A DNA stretch of 32,000 nt. Source: Acaryochloris marina S15. GTDB taxonomy: Bacteria > Cyanobacteriota > Cyanobacteriia > Thermosynechococcales > Thermosynechococcaceae. Position numbers and translations under genes: made by a program. The stretch covers positions 3,990,001 to 4,022,000 of the forward strand of contig NZ_CP064923.1 in the NCBI RefSeq assembly GCF_018336915.1, given 5' to 3'. This document shows, piece after piece, positions 1 to 9,774 of this stretch (position 1 is the stretch's first letter; each line of letters begins with the position of its first letter). The notes under the pieces are model-generated. The model saw only the letters and a list, made by a program, of their open reading frames with translations. It did no database searches and was not told where the DNA came from.

Positions 1-1
1 T

Positions 2-721
2 TGGCCCAAAGACTATCCCTGGCTTCGGGATGATCCAGTCCAACTGCTTTTGGTGCAGTCAGGCCCGGAACTCCTCCCTGAATTTCCTCATCCATTGCGA
101 ACTTACACCTATAAAAAGCTCGCTACTTTAGGTGTAAACATTCAGGTGCAGACCAAAGTCGCATCTGTTCATACCACCCATCTAGACCTGGAGAGTGGTG
201 CCTTTATTCCCTGTGCGACCACCCTTTGGACCGCTGGGGTGAAAGCAGTCCACCCTCCCACAGAAACGCTACCCCTGGAGAATCGGGATAAAATCTCGGT
301 TCTGCCTACCTTACAACTGCAGCAGTATCCCGAGGTCTATGCCCTCGGTGATACCGCCCAAGTTCCCGGTCAGACTTTAGCAGGCGTTGCACCCGAAGCC
401 TTACAGCAGGGTGTGTGTACCGCCCGAAATCTGCGCCGTCAACTCAAAGGTCGCTCTCCCCAGCCCTTTCGATATCTCAATAAAGGCCGATTGGCGATCA
501 TTGGCTGCTTTTCTGGAGTAGGCAAGATTGGCCCCTTCCCCATTCGGGGTTTTCTGGGTTGGTTTCTCTGGTTAGCCGTCCACCTGGTCTATACCCCTGG
601 CTATCGCAATCGCCTCATGATCTTGATGACCTGGCTGCAATCCTTTAGCACCCGAGATAAATTAGCGCGGCAATTATTGACAAAGTCTCATGCTAAATCT
701 CCCGTCCAATTTAAGAGGTAG
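2..721 (+). CDS. NAD(P)/FAD-dependent oxidoreductase, type II NADH dehydrogenase-like; C-terminal part only (5' end outside window)
   Basis: The frame of ORF 50..721 stays open back to base 2 (WPKDYPWLRDDPVQLLLVQSGPELLPEF), so the listed TTG start is a window-edge artefact. VYALGDTA motif and a hydrophobic C-terminal tail (GFLGWFLWLAVHLVY) are typical of NDH-2 family proteins. Confidence 0.7.
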   Translation, partial: WPKDYPWLRDDPVQLLLVQSGPELLPEFPHPLRTYTYKKLATLGVNIQVQTKVASVHTTHLDLESGAFIPCATTLWTAGVKAVHPPTETLPLENRDKISVLPTLQLQQYPEVYALGDTAQVPGQTLAGVAPEALQQGVCTARNLRRQLKGRSPQPFRYLNKGRLAIIGCFSGVGKIGPFPIRGFLGWFLWLAVHLVYTPGYRNRLMILMTWLQSFSTRDKLARQLLTKSHAKSPVQFKR

Positions 722-870
722 AGACGTTTTATGGTCCTTCGCGTCCTGTCCCCAGCCCCACATAGAGTTCTGCTAGATCAAGAACTCAGAACATCAACAG
801 CTTTGGCCCCAGCCAGGCTGCTCTACCCAATCAATATCTTTTGCTTTTAACCATCATTTAGAGGATCACC

Positions 871-1278
871 ATGACCCCAACTTCTACGGATTCCAATCTC
901 TCTATGCAACAGTTTGCCTTATTGCTGTTACGCCTAGTGGTGGTATCGATCTTCCTCTACCACGGATTTCCCAAAGCAATTAACTGGGCCATGGCAGGCG
1001 AGAAATTTATTGGCTTTGGCTTACCCGGATTTTTAGGTCCGATTACAGGCATTGTGGAAGTGATTGCCAGTGTTCTGATTCTGATTGGGATTCAGAACTT
1101 CTGGGCCAACTGGGTGTTGGTGGCAATTATGGCAGGTGAGATCGCAACGGTTCAATTCCCCAAAGCCTTCAGCGAAGGTGCTTATATCGCCGGTCTAGAA
1201 CGAGACTTAATGATTTTGGTAGCCTGTGCCGTATCCGCCGCCTTTGGCCCCGGTGCCTTTGCCCTCAAGCAGCGCTAA
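871..1278 (+). CDS. DoxX-family integral membrane protein
   Basis: 135 aa with about four hydrophobic helices. N-terminal LLLLRLVVVSIFLYHGFPK resembles the DoxX signature. A GAGGA Shine-Dalgarno-like element lies a few nt upstream of the ATG. Confidence 0.7.
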   Translation: MTPTSTDSNLSMQQFALLLLRLVVVSIFLYHGFPKAINWAMAGEKFIGFGLPGFLGPITGIVEVIASVLILIGIQNFWANWVLVAIMAGEIATVQFPKAFSEGAYIAGLERDLMILVACAVSAAFGPGAFALKQR

Positions 1279-1290
1279 AACCCTACCCCA

Positions 1291-1719
1291 TTAGAATTGG
1301 GTCCCTGTCCCTTTCTCCACTGGGAAATTAGCCCTACGCCAAGCTTTGATATCTCCCTCCAGATGGTAGATCTGAGCAAAGCCTGCTTTTAGGAGCGCTG
1401 TTTCCGCAATCTGAGCACGAAATCCTCGCTCGCAGTAGATAACAACATCTTGTTCAGCAAAAGTCTGCAGATCTTTAATCCGTGTGGGTACATCCTGGAA
1501 ATAAATCTGAATAGCCCCTGGGATATGCCCTGCCTCATATTCTTCGACCGTACGCACATCCAAAATAACGGGAGGATTACCTGCTTTAATTTGTGTCAAC
1601 AGTTGGGTTGGGGTGATCAGTTCATGGGCATCCCAACTCGGGGCACAGGCGGTTGTCCCCAGTATCACAACGATAGCGGGTACGACTCCACGAATGATGA
1701 TCGAATCTCGGCTTTGCAT
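1291..1719 (-). CDS. Rhodanese-domain sulfurtransferase, probably exported
   Basis: 142 aa. Rhodanese pattern ILDVRTVEEYEAGHIPGAIQI followed by the active-site loop VVIYCERGFRAQ. Hydrophobic N-terminus ending in a Cys (ILGTTAC) suggests a signal or lipoprotein sequence. Confidence 0.8.
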   Translation of the reverse strand: MQSRDSIIIRGVVPAIVVILGTTACAPSWDAHELITPTQLLTQIKAGNPPVILDVRTVEEYEAGHIPGAIQIYFQDVPTRIKDLQTFAEQDVVIYCERGFRAQIAETALLKAGFAQIYHLEGDIKAWRRANFPVEKGTGTQF

Positions 1720-1737
1720 CCTTCAAGTTTGGGTAGA

Positions 1738-2355
1738 TTAAATGAGCTTCAATAGTTCACTAGGGGTATGGATCAGTGCATCAGCACCTGCTTGTTCTAA
1801 CTCCGCTAAACTGCCGTAGCCCCACAAAACCCCTAGACATCTGGTAAATCCTTGCCCCGCTGCCATATCACTAGCACGATCGCCAATCATCCACAGATCT
1901 GTATGCTCCTGCTCTTGAATATCACGTAATAGCTCAGCTTTATTGCGATCCAGTCCACAGCCCCAAACATCTATAAAATAGGGACGCAATGCAAAATAAT
2001 CAATCACTGCTTGAGCAATATCTGTCGGTTTAGCCGTCACAACATATAGGCGATGCCCTTGATTTGTCAGTTCCTTGAGCAGGTCTGGAATCCCAGGATA
2101 TAAGATATTTTCGGTATAGCCGATGGTTCTATATCGTTCTCGATACAGAGCCACCGCTTGGCTAATGACTGCCTCATTTTCAGTATTCAGCAACTGAGCG
2201 AACGTCCTGCTTAGAGGAGGGCCAATATACTGCGTCAAATTATGGGGGGCTATGGTGGAAACCCTGAGATTTTCTAGGGCGTAGTTAATTGAGGTTGTGA
2301 TGCCTTGAGCCGGGTCACTCAAGGTTCCATCCAAGTCAAATGCGAGTACGGTCAT
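1738..2355 (-). CDS. HAD-superfamily hydrolase (phosphoglycolate-phosphatase-like)
   Basis: HAD motif I AFDLDGTLSD right after ATG 2355, and motif IV-like MIGDRASD. The ORF track begins at 2400; I prefer ATG 2355 (MTVLAFDLDG) because motif I normally sits within the first ~10 residues. Confidence 0.8.
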   Translation of the reverse strand: MTVLAFDLDGTLSDPAQGITTSINYALENLRVSTIAPHNLTQYIGPPLSRTFAQLLNTENEAVISQAVALYRERYRTIGYTENILYPGIPDLLKELTNQGHRLYVVTAKPTDIAQAVIDYFALRPYFIDVWGCGLDRNKAELLRDIQEQEHTDLWMIGDRASDMAAGQGFTRCLGVLWGYGSLAELEQAGADALIHTPSELLKLI

Positions 2356-2443
2356 CGATAATATCTGTACTTCAATCTGGACTAACCTTTTGCCCGGCAA
2401 CCCGTTTCATGGAAGCCTGCCCGTCTCTTGAATCGTTAGAACA

Positions 2444-3508
2444 TCAAGGTGCAACAGGCTGCACTTTAACTTCTGAGGGAGCAAGCTTGATGGAGCTGAG
2501 GATGGATCGATTGGTTGCAGCCAATTCATTATAGAAATCTACTTTTTGGGTATAGGTTTCAAATTGCTGATTGAACTGCGAGATCCGAGACTGCAATTGT
2601 TGGGCTTGCCAGTTGAACTCCCCCACTTCAGCATTAAACCGCGATCGGGCCTGCTCGAAATCATTCACTAAACGATCATCTCCCCGACTCAGGGAGGCTT
2701 CAGCCTGCAGTTTCAAGTTACCCAGATTGGCCTTCATGCGCTCCAAATCTCGATAGCTAGCCTTTAAGTCATCTTCTGTGCGCTGAATATAGTCTTTTTC
2801 TTCTTGCAAATTGACTTCCAGACGATTCAATTCAGGTTCTAACTGATCAACCTGGGACTCAATTTCGGATAGGACACTGCGAGAGCGGTCTGAAAAAACC
2901 ACTACTTGTTTGCGATCGCGAAAGTACTGCCGATAATATTTCTCCAATTCTGGATCGCCCAAGTTCGCTAAGCTCGTGCCCAAATGGGAATGTAGCTCAT
3001 TGACATAAAGATCTTGATCACCCGTTTCATACTCTTTAAGCACCGCCAATAAATGTTCATCCTTCACCTGTTTTGCGGCCCGTTTCAATTGGGATGCCAG
3101 TTGCGATCGCTCTTTGTTACCCAGCTTTTGATAAGCCGCATGGAGCATCTCATGGGCCGCCACCATTTCCATCATTCCATCCAGCCGCGGATCGGTGACT
3201 GACTGGATGATGATCGAGCCTTCATAGCCGTTACTGGTAAAACATCCCAGCAGAATGGTTTTCTCCGTATTATGTCCTGCTTTTCTACAGAGCTTATGGA
3301 ATATTTTCTTGGACTCAATTCTTGGCTCTTGTTTATAAAACAACTGCTGAGCCTTTGGCGTCATTGTCGTATCGATCGCCAACTTTTCAATCTTCGGTGA
3401 GGATGGCTTGTAGATTTTTGGCGCTAATTGAGCACAACTACTTAACCATCCACCCCCCACCACAATCCACAGGGAAACGGTGAAAATGGGGTGCCAGGAT
3501 TTCTGCAT
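2444..3508 (-). CDS. Hypothetical lipoprotein with an HExxH motif and a long C-terminal coiled-coil
   Basis: 354 aa. Signal peptide plus lipobox-like LSSC. Single HExxH (AAHEMLHAAY). The last ~150 aa are heptad-like and rich in Q/E/R/L (LEPELNRLEVNLQEEKDYIQRTEDDLKASYRDLERMKANL). I recognise no family. Confidence 0.6.
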   Translation of the reverse strand: MQKSWHPIFTVSLWIVVGGGWLSSCAQLAPKIYKPSSPKIEKLAIDTTMTPKAQQLFYKQEPRIESKKIFHKLCRKAGHNTEKTILLGCFTSNGYEGSIIIQSVTDPRLDGMMEMVAAHEMLHAAYQKLGNKERSQLASQLKRAAKQVKDEHLLAVLKEYETGDQDLYVNELHSHLGTSLANLGDPELEKYYRQYFRDRKQVVVFSDRSRSVLSEIESQVDQLEPELNRLEVNLQEEKDYIQRTEDDLKASYRDLERMKANLGNLKLQAEASLSRGDDRLVNDFEQARSRFNAEVGEFNWQAQQLQSRISQFNQQFETYTQKVDFYNELAATNRSILSSIKLAPSEVKVQPVAP

Positions 3509-3784
3509 CTGATATGGATCGGTGAGGAGTGTCTTAACTCAAGATAGACAAGTTTTTGGGCCAATATGACTCAAAAGTGATTTTGAGTCATCAGCACCAG
3601 GGGGCTATCCTCTCATCAGTGATATAGCTTTTCCCCCACTGCAAAGGTGCTGTTCCCTGCATCACTCTATAACGTGCTGAACATCACCGTTGTATTGAGG
3701 GAGGGATCACGGTGCCAAAGGGTGAAATTGAGGACTATAGCCATAACAAGCTTATTCACAACCGCAACGAACCAGGAGAAAAGC

Positions 3785-4099
3785 ATGAAGCTAACTCACC
3801 GAGCCCTTTCTATCCTCTCGATTTCCTTTATGTCTCTCATGGCAGCTGCCCCTGTCTTCGCAGCTCCCGCCTATTTGGTGGGGCAATCTGGAAGTCGGAT
3901 CAATGTTCGGTCCTCCCCTAGCACTTCAGCTTCTTCTCCTCACTACGGCATCGCGGGCGATCGCGTGCAAGTCATTGACGCAACCTATAGTGATGATGGC
4001 TACCACTGGTATTACGTTGAGTTTACCTCCGGTGCTCGCGGTTGGATCCGAGGCGATTTAGTGAATGTACAGGCTCCTATTGGTTTCAATGGCTTCTAG
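3785..4099 (+). CDS. Secreted bacterial SH3 (SH3b) domain protein
   Basis: ATG 3785 gives MKLTHRALSILSISFMSLMAAAPVFAAPA, a signal peptide with an AxA site. It is followed by an SH3b-like INVRSSPS...GDRVQVID...WYYVEF..GARGWIRGDLV. The 46 codons upstream in the ORF track have no support. Confidence 0.7.
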   Translation: MKLTHRALSILSISFMSLMAAAPVFAAPAYLVGQSGSRINVRSSPSTSASSPHYGIAGDRVQVIDATYSDDGYHWYYVEFTSGARGWIRGDLVNVQAPIGFNGF

Positions 4100-4187
4100 T
4101 CAGTCCGTTGTCACCCAACAATCCGATAGGGGATAGAAAAAGTTTCATAATTTTGCACCCATAAGCTACAAACACTGCACATTGGAT

Positions 4188-4220
4188 AATGCGATGGTTT
4201 TCTGCCATCGCATTTTTATT
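4188..4220 (+). terminator. Rho-independent terminator downstream of the SH3b gene
   Basis: 10-bp stem AATGCGATGG (4188-4197) / CCATCGCATT (4205-4214) with a 7-nt loop, followed by TTTATT. Confidence 0.6.
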
Positions 4221-4337
4221 GCAAACCCTGAAGATCTCTGTAGTCGTTATTAGTTTTGATTCTGTCCCCAGATTCCCTTTCAGATCCCTATCAGAAACGC
4301 CTCTTAGAAGCTCTAAGCTGCTACAGGATTAAAGTTC

Positions 4338-4841
4338 TTAGCTTGATTTAAACCCTACAAAGATCGTTGGCCAAGAGACCAACAACAACATGACTAAGTT
4401 TGCAGCCCAAAACAGAACCACAATGCGAAAGGCAGCCAATGGCAAAGAAGACAATGTTAACCGTCCAAATCCATCCACTAGTTGCCACAAGCGAAAAGCT
4501 GTATAGAAAAAGCCAATGGGGACCACAATACTGGGTACCAACTGTCGGCTCAAGAAACCTTCAGAGAATATTTGAATCACCAATGTCAATAAATATCCAC
4601 CCCAGAATAACCGCGAGGCAGGTTGATTCCAAGCCTGAAGAAGCAGAATAATAGGCAACAAAATTCCAGCAACCCAGGCTAGCAGTAACCACCCTCTTAG
4701 AAATTGCAGTTGGCTGGTACTAAACCCAATTTCTGCCGTGAAGGGTAAGTATTGAGCTTTAACGCCAAAACCATAGCCAATCATTAGGATTGTCGTCAAT
4801 AGGATAAAAAGAGCAATAATCAATCCATTTTTATTTATCAT
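4338..4841 (-). CDS. Hypothetical multi-pass membrane protein
   Basis: 167-aa ORF made almost entirely of hydrophobic helices. No recognisable motif. Confidence 0.55.
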   Translation of the reverse strand: MINKNGLIIALFILLTTILMIGYGFGVKAQYLPFTAEIGFSTSQLQFLRGWLLLAWVAGILLPIILLLQAWNQPASRLFWGGYLLTLVIQIFSEGFLSRQLVPSIVVPIGFFYTAFRLWQLVDGFGRLTLSSLPLAAFRIVVLFWAANLVMLLLVSWPTIFVGFKSS

Positions 4842-5143
4842 CTACTCTAAGATGTGAAAAGTACTTTTCTACAAATACAAGAAATTGATGCTGTTTACAC
4901 ACTATGGGAACATGTCATCTTCTTGAAAGAATATCTAAACTGCGCTCAAACCCATTAAATTGGCAGTGATTGAAGAACGTAAAACTAGAGAAATTATTTT
5001 TTACTTTCAAAATAAAAAATAATTCTTATAGCGCTTTCTTCAGACTTATTTATATAAATTGATTCCTAAATCCACAACAAATGATTATTATTCTACTGGA
5101 ATAGAAATCAAAAAAGTCGGGTTGATTACTAGTAGTGATCAGC

Positions 5144-5209
5144 TAAAAAGACTAAAGAGAAGGGGGTAAGTATAAATTTATACTTACCCCCTTCTCTTTA
5201 GTCTTTTTA
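5144..5209. repeat. 66-bp perfect palindrome (two 33-nt arms, no spacer)
   Basis: TAAAAAGACTAAAGAGAAGGGGGTAAGTATAAA (5144-5176) is the exact reverse complement of 5177-5209. Checked base by base. Complementarity stops at 5143/5210. Confidence 0.95.
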
Positions 5210-5258
5210 AAGAACTATTTGTGAGTCGTCATATAGACAATTTTTTTATTATTACTCA

Positions 5259-5450
5259 CTAACCAAGTGGACGACAAGACAAAGTTCTTAAACTAAAATA
5301 GGCGCTATCGGCATCACAAACTGTGGATGTTTTAACAAGCACTGCAAATATTAGTCCTACGACAAATAAGCTTACAACTGTAACAATAATTGTCGTAATC
5401 GCCGACATATTGCCGTTTTCGATAGCAGCGTTATTTTTTGAACTAGCCAT
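5259..5450 (-). CDS. Possible small single-pass membrane protein (63 aa), speculative
   Basis: The only ORF in the AT-rich gap with protein-like features: one clear TM helix (AITTIIVTVVSLFVVGLIFAVLV). The 66-bp palindrome lies ~50 nt downstream on the same strand. No clear RBS and no homology recognised. Confidence 0.25.
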   Translation of the reverse strand: MASSKNNAAIENGNMSAITTIIVTVVSLFVVGLIFAVLVKTSTVCDADSAYFSLRTLSCRPLG

Positions 5451-6363
5451 AATTAAAATCCCGTAATGATTAAGAGTAAATAGGGGTTTAACAAGTGAAT
5501 TTTCAAAGCTTGCACTTGTCTATCTTTTTGCAAGAGCAACTTAACCATATAATCTGAGGTTAGAGGTTCGCGAACAAGTTGCACAAAAATTAATATTAAT
5601 ATTTGTAAAAGCGTATCTGTCGTTTCTGGACTCTATTCTGTGTATAGAGCTGATTCAAGGAGCAGATTTCTCTGCAACTCACTCCCTATCCGTCATCTCG
5701 TCAAAGCAAATTAAACTGCCTCCAGTCTTTGGTCACCAGACTAAATATGAGAGATCTCTACTCATACTCAGTCCTATAAGTGGATCCCAATATGCTTGCC
5801 CGGTTGAAGGGATGTTTGTGGCCCTATCTAGCAAAGCCCTCAGTCAAAACTCACCTAATATCCAGTATTTAAAAATATTTTGAAGTTTTTGTCCCTAGAA
5901 TACTACTTAAAAAAACTACTCATTAAATAAAATAAGAAGAGATAACCTAATATTAATTTCATTAGTGTTTCCTAGGTCTTGCGGTGCAGGAGTACAGCAC
6001 TGAGTATGAGAGGAAAGCCACTCGTTTTACCCGTGAGACTTGAAGGGCTTTAAGTAATCTGAACAGCTGGTTGGATACAGTTTCAACTTGAGAAAGCAGA
6101 TAAGCTTTCTTGAAGCCGTTCCTATCATTGATGGTGCATAACCTCAATTCTTCAGGGATGACTCAGTATTACCATTACCTACAAGCCATTTTTGAGGCCA
6201 ATCGCTATTTTATGGCAATGTTGATGGCTGAAAAAGATCATACGCCGCAGACACAGGAAACCTCTTACAGTTCTCTCAGCCCCATTGACTAAGAGAGAAC
6301 TTCATATACTGAACCTAATCTAGAGCAACGACAGACGACAGAATGCCAGGACGTACACACCGT

Positions 6364-7626
6364 CTACCCAAAAATACTACCGAAAAATTCCACAGCTTCC
6401 TTAAGTGAAGTAATGAAGGTATCAATCTCTTCACGAGTGTTGTAGAAATAGAGACTCGCCCGCGCTGTAGACTGCACCTTAAGATGTCGATGCAAAGGCT
6501 GAGTGCAGTGATGTCCCGCCCGAATCGCTACGCCCGCTTGATCTAAGATCGTCGAGAGATCGTGGGGATGCACATCCCCTGCGGTAAATGACGCTAGTGC
6601 AGCTCGACCTGTCCCATCTGCTTGGGGTTGAGGACCATAGACTTGCACTTCAGGAACTTCGCGGAGCCGCTTGAATAGATAACCTGTCAGTTCCGCTTCA
6701 TAGGCATGAATTTTATCCATACCCACTTGAGTCAAATAATCAACCGCTGCGCCTAGACCCACAGCTTCACCAATGGCAGGGGTACCCGCCTCAAACTTAT
6801 GGGGTAAATCTGCATAGGTGGCATGGTCTAGGAACACATCAGCAATCATCTCGCCGCCCCCTAAGAAGGGAGGCATACTGCGTAGCAAATCGAGCTTGCC
6901 ATAGAGAAAGCCGATACCCGTAGGGGCACACATTTTGTGGCCGGAAGCAACTAGCCAATCGCAGTCCATCTTTTGAACATCGATGGGCATATGAGGGACG
7001 CTCTGGCAGGCATCGATGAGGACTTTGGCACCGTATTGATGTGCGATCGCAATAATCTCTTCCACCGGATTCACGCAGCCCAAAGTATTAGATACATGCA
7101 CCACACTCACCAGCTTTGTGCGATCATTTACCAGGGTTTTGAACTGCTCTAAGTCAAAAGCTTGATTTGCGTCTAGTTCCACAAACTTCAGCACCGCCCC
7201 CGTCTTCTGGGCTACCAACTGCCAGGGGATTAAATTGCTGTGGTGTTCCATCACCGACAGGATGACTTCATCCCCAGCTTTGAGGGTGCTCAATCCCCAG
7301 CTATAGGCCACCAGGTTAATGCCTTCGCTGGCATTGCGGGTATAGACAATCTCCTGGCGAGAAGCGGCATTTACAAAGGCTGCCACCTTATCCCGTGCCC
7401 CTTCATAGGAATCCGTTGCCCGACCGCTGAGGGTATGAACCCCGCGGTGGACATTGGCATTATCCTGTTCGTAATAAGCCTGTAACGCATCCAACACGGA
7501 CGTCGGCTTCTGAGAGGTCGCCGCACTATCCAAATAGACCAACGGACTATCCTGAATTTGCTGATGCAAAATAGGAAAGTCAGGACGAACCTGAAGGGCT
7601 AGAGACTTTTCTTGGATGGCAATCAT
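6364..7626 (-). CDS. sufS: Cysteine desulfurase SufS (group II)
   Basis: 420 aa. PLP-lysine context [17 protein letters not shown], catalytic Cys loop [11 protein letters not shown]. Last gene of the sufBCDS cluster. Confidence 0.95.
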   Translation of the reverse strand: MIAIQEKSLALQVRPDFPILHQQIQDSPLVYLDSAATSQKPTSVLDALQAYYEQDNANVHRGVHTLSGRATDSYEGARDKVAAFVNAASRQEIVYTRNASEGINLVAYSWGLSTLKAGDEVILSVMEHHSNLIPWQLVAQKTGAVLKFVELDANQAFDLEQFKTLVNDRTKLVSVVHVSNTLGCVNPVEEIIAIAHQYGAKVLIDACQSVPHMPIDVQKMDCDWLVASGHKMCAPTGIGFLYGKLDLLRSMPPFLGGGEMIADVFLDHATYADLPHKFEAGTPAIGEAVGLGAAVDYLTQVGMDKIHAYEAELTGYLFKRLREVPEVQVYGPQPQADGTGRAALASFTAGDVHPHDLSTILDQAGVAIRAGHHCTQPLHRHLKVQSTARASLYFYNTREEIDTFITSLKEAVEFFGSIFG

Positions 7627-7644
7627 AGGTGCAGAATCACAAAT

Positions 7645-8949
7645 CTAACGTATTTGGGACAATACAGCGTTCAGCAAAGTCTGGCGCTGTTCAGCAATGG
7701 GCAATTTTTCAATAATTTCCGCCGCAAACCCCTCGACCAGCAAATCGCAAGCGCTATTGCGGTCTAACCCCCGGCTTTGTAGATAAAAAACTTCTTCATC
7801 GTCCAGCTGACTCACCGTAGCCCCGTGGGCGCACTTGACATCGTCAGCAATAATTTCTAGCTGTGGCTTCGTGTCCACCCGTGCCTTGGCCGACAGCAAC
7901 AAATTGCGGCTAAGCTGGCTCGCATTGGTCTGCTGGGCCAGTTTGGGCACAAACACTCGGCCATTAAATACCGCTCGGGCACGATTATCAACGATGCACT
8001 TATGCAACTGCTGGGCCGTACAGTGGGGACCTGTAAAGGATAGATCAGAATGGGTATCGGCGACCTGCTGATCCACCGCTAGGGTCAATCCATTTAAGGT
8101 GGTATCCGTCTGTTCCGCCGTAGGCACCACCACGGGGTTATGGCGAGACATCTGTCCCCCCAGACTCAGGCTCGTCAGGGCATAGCGACTATCACGATCC
8201 TGGGAAACCGCCGTTGTACCAATATGAAATGCTGTTTTAGCCTCTCGCTGAATCCGATGGTGATGGATCTGAGCATTTTGCCCCAAGCACACTTCCGTTA
8301 CCGCGTTCGTGAAGTAGGACTCTGCCTTGACCGCCACATATTCTTCAATCAAGGTAGCAGCGCTATTCGCTTCAGCCACCACCAGCCCTCGAGGAGAGGT
8401 GATGATCGGAGTATCCCCTGTCGTCAAATACAAAAGATGAATGGGCGCTTCAACCATCTGATTTTTGGCAATGTGCAAGACCGCACCATCGGCAAAGCTA
8501 GCAGTATTCAGGGCCGTAAAGACTTCCGTCATTCCCGGCTGATGTCCTAGCTCAGCTAGACTATCGGCATTCGCTAAGGTGCTGACCCTCAGGCCCGCAG
8601 GCAAATTATCAACAGCAGATAAATCAGGGGCAAAAAAGCCATTGACAAAGACCAACCGCACGGGGGCATCTGCCAAGATAAAGGCGTCAATCTCTTCTAG
8701 GGATAGCGATGCGGCAGTTGGAGCTGCAAAAGAAGTTTTGTACAGGCCCGACAAATCCGTAAATCGCCAGTCCTCATCTCGATTACTGGGGAGTCCCCGT
8801 TCTTGAACAATACTGAGGGCGCTATCTCGCACCTCTGACAATCCGGTCAGGCTGGGCCGCTGGGCCAAAAGATGGTTTAAATAAGCTTGCCGATCCTGCA
8901 CTGCTGACAAGCTAGGCGCAACAGCTTCTGGGTTTACTTCTACGGTCAT
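7645..8949 (-). CDS. sufD: Fe-S cluster assembly protein SufD
   Basis: 434 aa. C-terminal SufB/SufD-family region (KCAHGATVSQLDDEEVFYLQSRGL). Sits between sufC and sufS. Its ATG overlaps the sufC stop (TAATG at 8947-8951). Confidence 0.9.
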   Translation of the reverse strand: MTVEVNPEAVAPSLSAVQDRQAYLNHLLAQRPSLTGLSEVRDSALSIVQERGLPSNRDEDWRFTDLSGLYKTSFAAPTAASLSLEEIDAFILADAPVRLVFVNGFFAPDLSAVDNLPAGLRVSTLANADSLAELGHQPGMTEVFTALNTASFADGAVLHIAKNQMVEAPIHLLYLTTGDTPIITSPRGLVVAEANSAATLIEEYVAVKAESYFTNAVTEVCLGQNAQIHHHRIQREAKTAFHIGTTAVSQDRDSRYALTSLSLGGQMSRHNPVVVPTAEQTDTTLNGLTLAVDQQVADTHSDLSFTGPHCTAQQLHKCIVDNRARAVFNGRVFVPKLAQQTNASQLSRNLLLSAKARVDTKPQLEIIADDVKCAHGATVSQLDDEEVFYLQSRGLDRNSACDLLVEGFAAEIIEKLPIAEQRQTLLNAVLSQIR

Positions 8950-9728
8950 TAGACTGCCACCTCCTCTTGCTTCACCCAGTCATAGCCTTTGGCTTCCAGC
9001 TCTTGGGCCAGTTCCTTGCCACCCGTAGTCAAGATTTTGCCTTCGGCCATCACATGGACAAAGTCGGGGACAATATAGTCCAGCAACCGCTGATAGTGGG
9101 TAATCATCAGGGTAGCGTTGTCGGGCTTGGCAAGCTGATTCACCCCATTGGCAACAATCTTGAGGGCATCAATATCTAAACCTGAATCTGTTTCATCCAG
9201 AATGGCTAAGGTGGGTTCTAAAAGGGCCATCTGCAAGATTTCATTGCGCTTCTTTTCCCCGCCAGAAAAGCCTTCATTCACACTGCGATCGAGGAAGGCC
9301 GGGTCCATTTTGACCACGTCTAAGCGTTCCCGCACCAAATCATCAAAATCAAAGGCGTCTAGCTCTTCTAGACCTTCATGCTGGCGCTTGGAATTGCAGG
9401 ATACCCGTAGAAAGTCGAGGTTGCTCACTCCAGGAATTTCTAAGGGATATTGAAAGGCCAAAAACACACCTGAGCGGGACCGTTCTTCCGGCTCCAGCTC
9501 CAGCAGATTCTGTCCCTTGTAAATTACCTCACCTCCGGTAACCGTATAGGCGGGATGTCCAGCCAATACCTTAGAAAAGGTGCTTTTCCCAGAGCCGTTC
9601 GGCCCCATAATGGCATGGATTTCTCCCGCCTTAATTTCTAGATTCAACCCCTTCAGAATCGGAGTTCCACCCACATCTGCCGTCAAGTTACGGACGGACA
9701 GAATCACATCGCTATTGTCAATAATCAC
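8949..9728 (-). CDS. sufC: Fe-S cluster assembly ATPase SufC
   Basis: 259 aa. Walker [13 protein letters not shown] signature FSGGEKKR, Walker [14 protein letters not shown]-loop ITHY. Confidence 0.95.
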   Translation of the reverse strand: MIIDNSDVILSVRNLTADVGGTPILKGLNLEIKAGEIHAIMGPNGSGKSTFSKVLAGHPAYTVTGGEVIYKGQNLLELEPEERSRSGVFLAFQYPLEIPGVSNLDFLRVSCNSKRQHEGLEELDAFDFDDLVRERLDVVKMDPAFLDRSVNEGFSGGEKKRNEILQMALLEPTLAILDETDSGLDIDALKIVANGVNQLAKPDNATLMITHYQRLLDYIVPDFVHVMAEGKILTTGGKELAQELEAKGYDWVKQEEVAV

Positions 9729-9774
9729 GCCTGAACCTCAAACTGCGTCTAATATTTAATGTCAGTGGGAAATC

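Noticed and set aside
3647-3784. Upstream 46 codons of the SH3b ORF, and the overlapping 69-aa ORF 3712-3921
   Set aside because: ATG 3785 begins a canonical signal peptide. The upstream codons have no features, and the overlapping frame is a shadow.
5962-6292. Two ~60-aa ORFs (5962-6147 on the minus strand, 6110-6292 on the plus strand) in the AT-rich gap
   Set aside because: They overlap each other, have no RBS, no motif and odd composition. They are indistinguishable from chance ORFs.
8947-8951. TAATG stop/start overlaps (sufC/sufD, ROCO/TIR, vapB/vapC, rplM/rpsI) as a special signal
   Set aside because: This is ordinary translational coupling in bacterial operons. I used it only as evidence of co-expression, not as a finding in itself.
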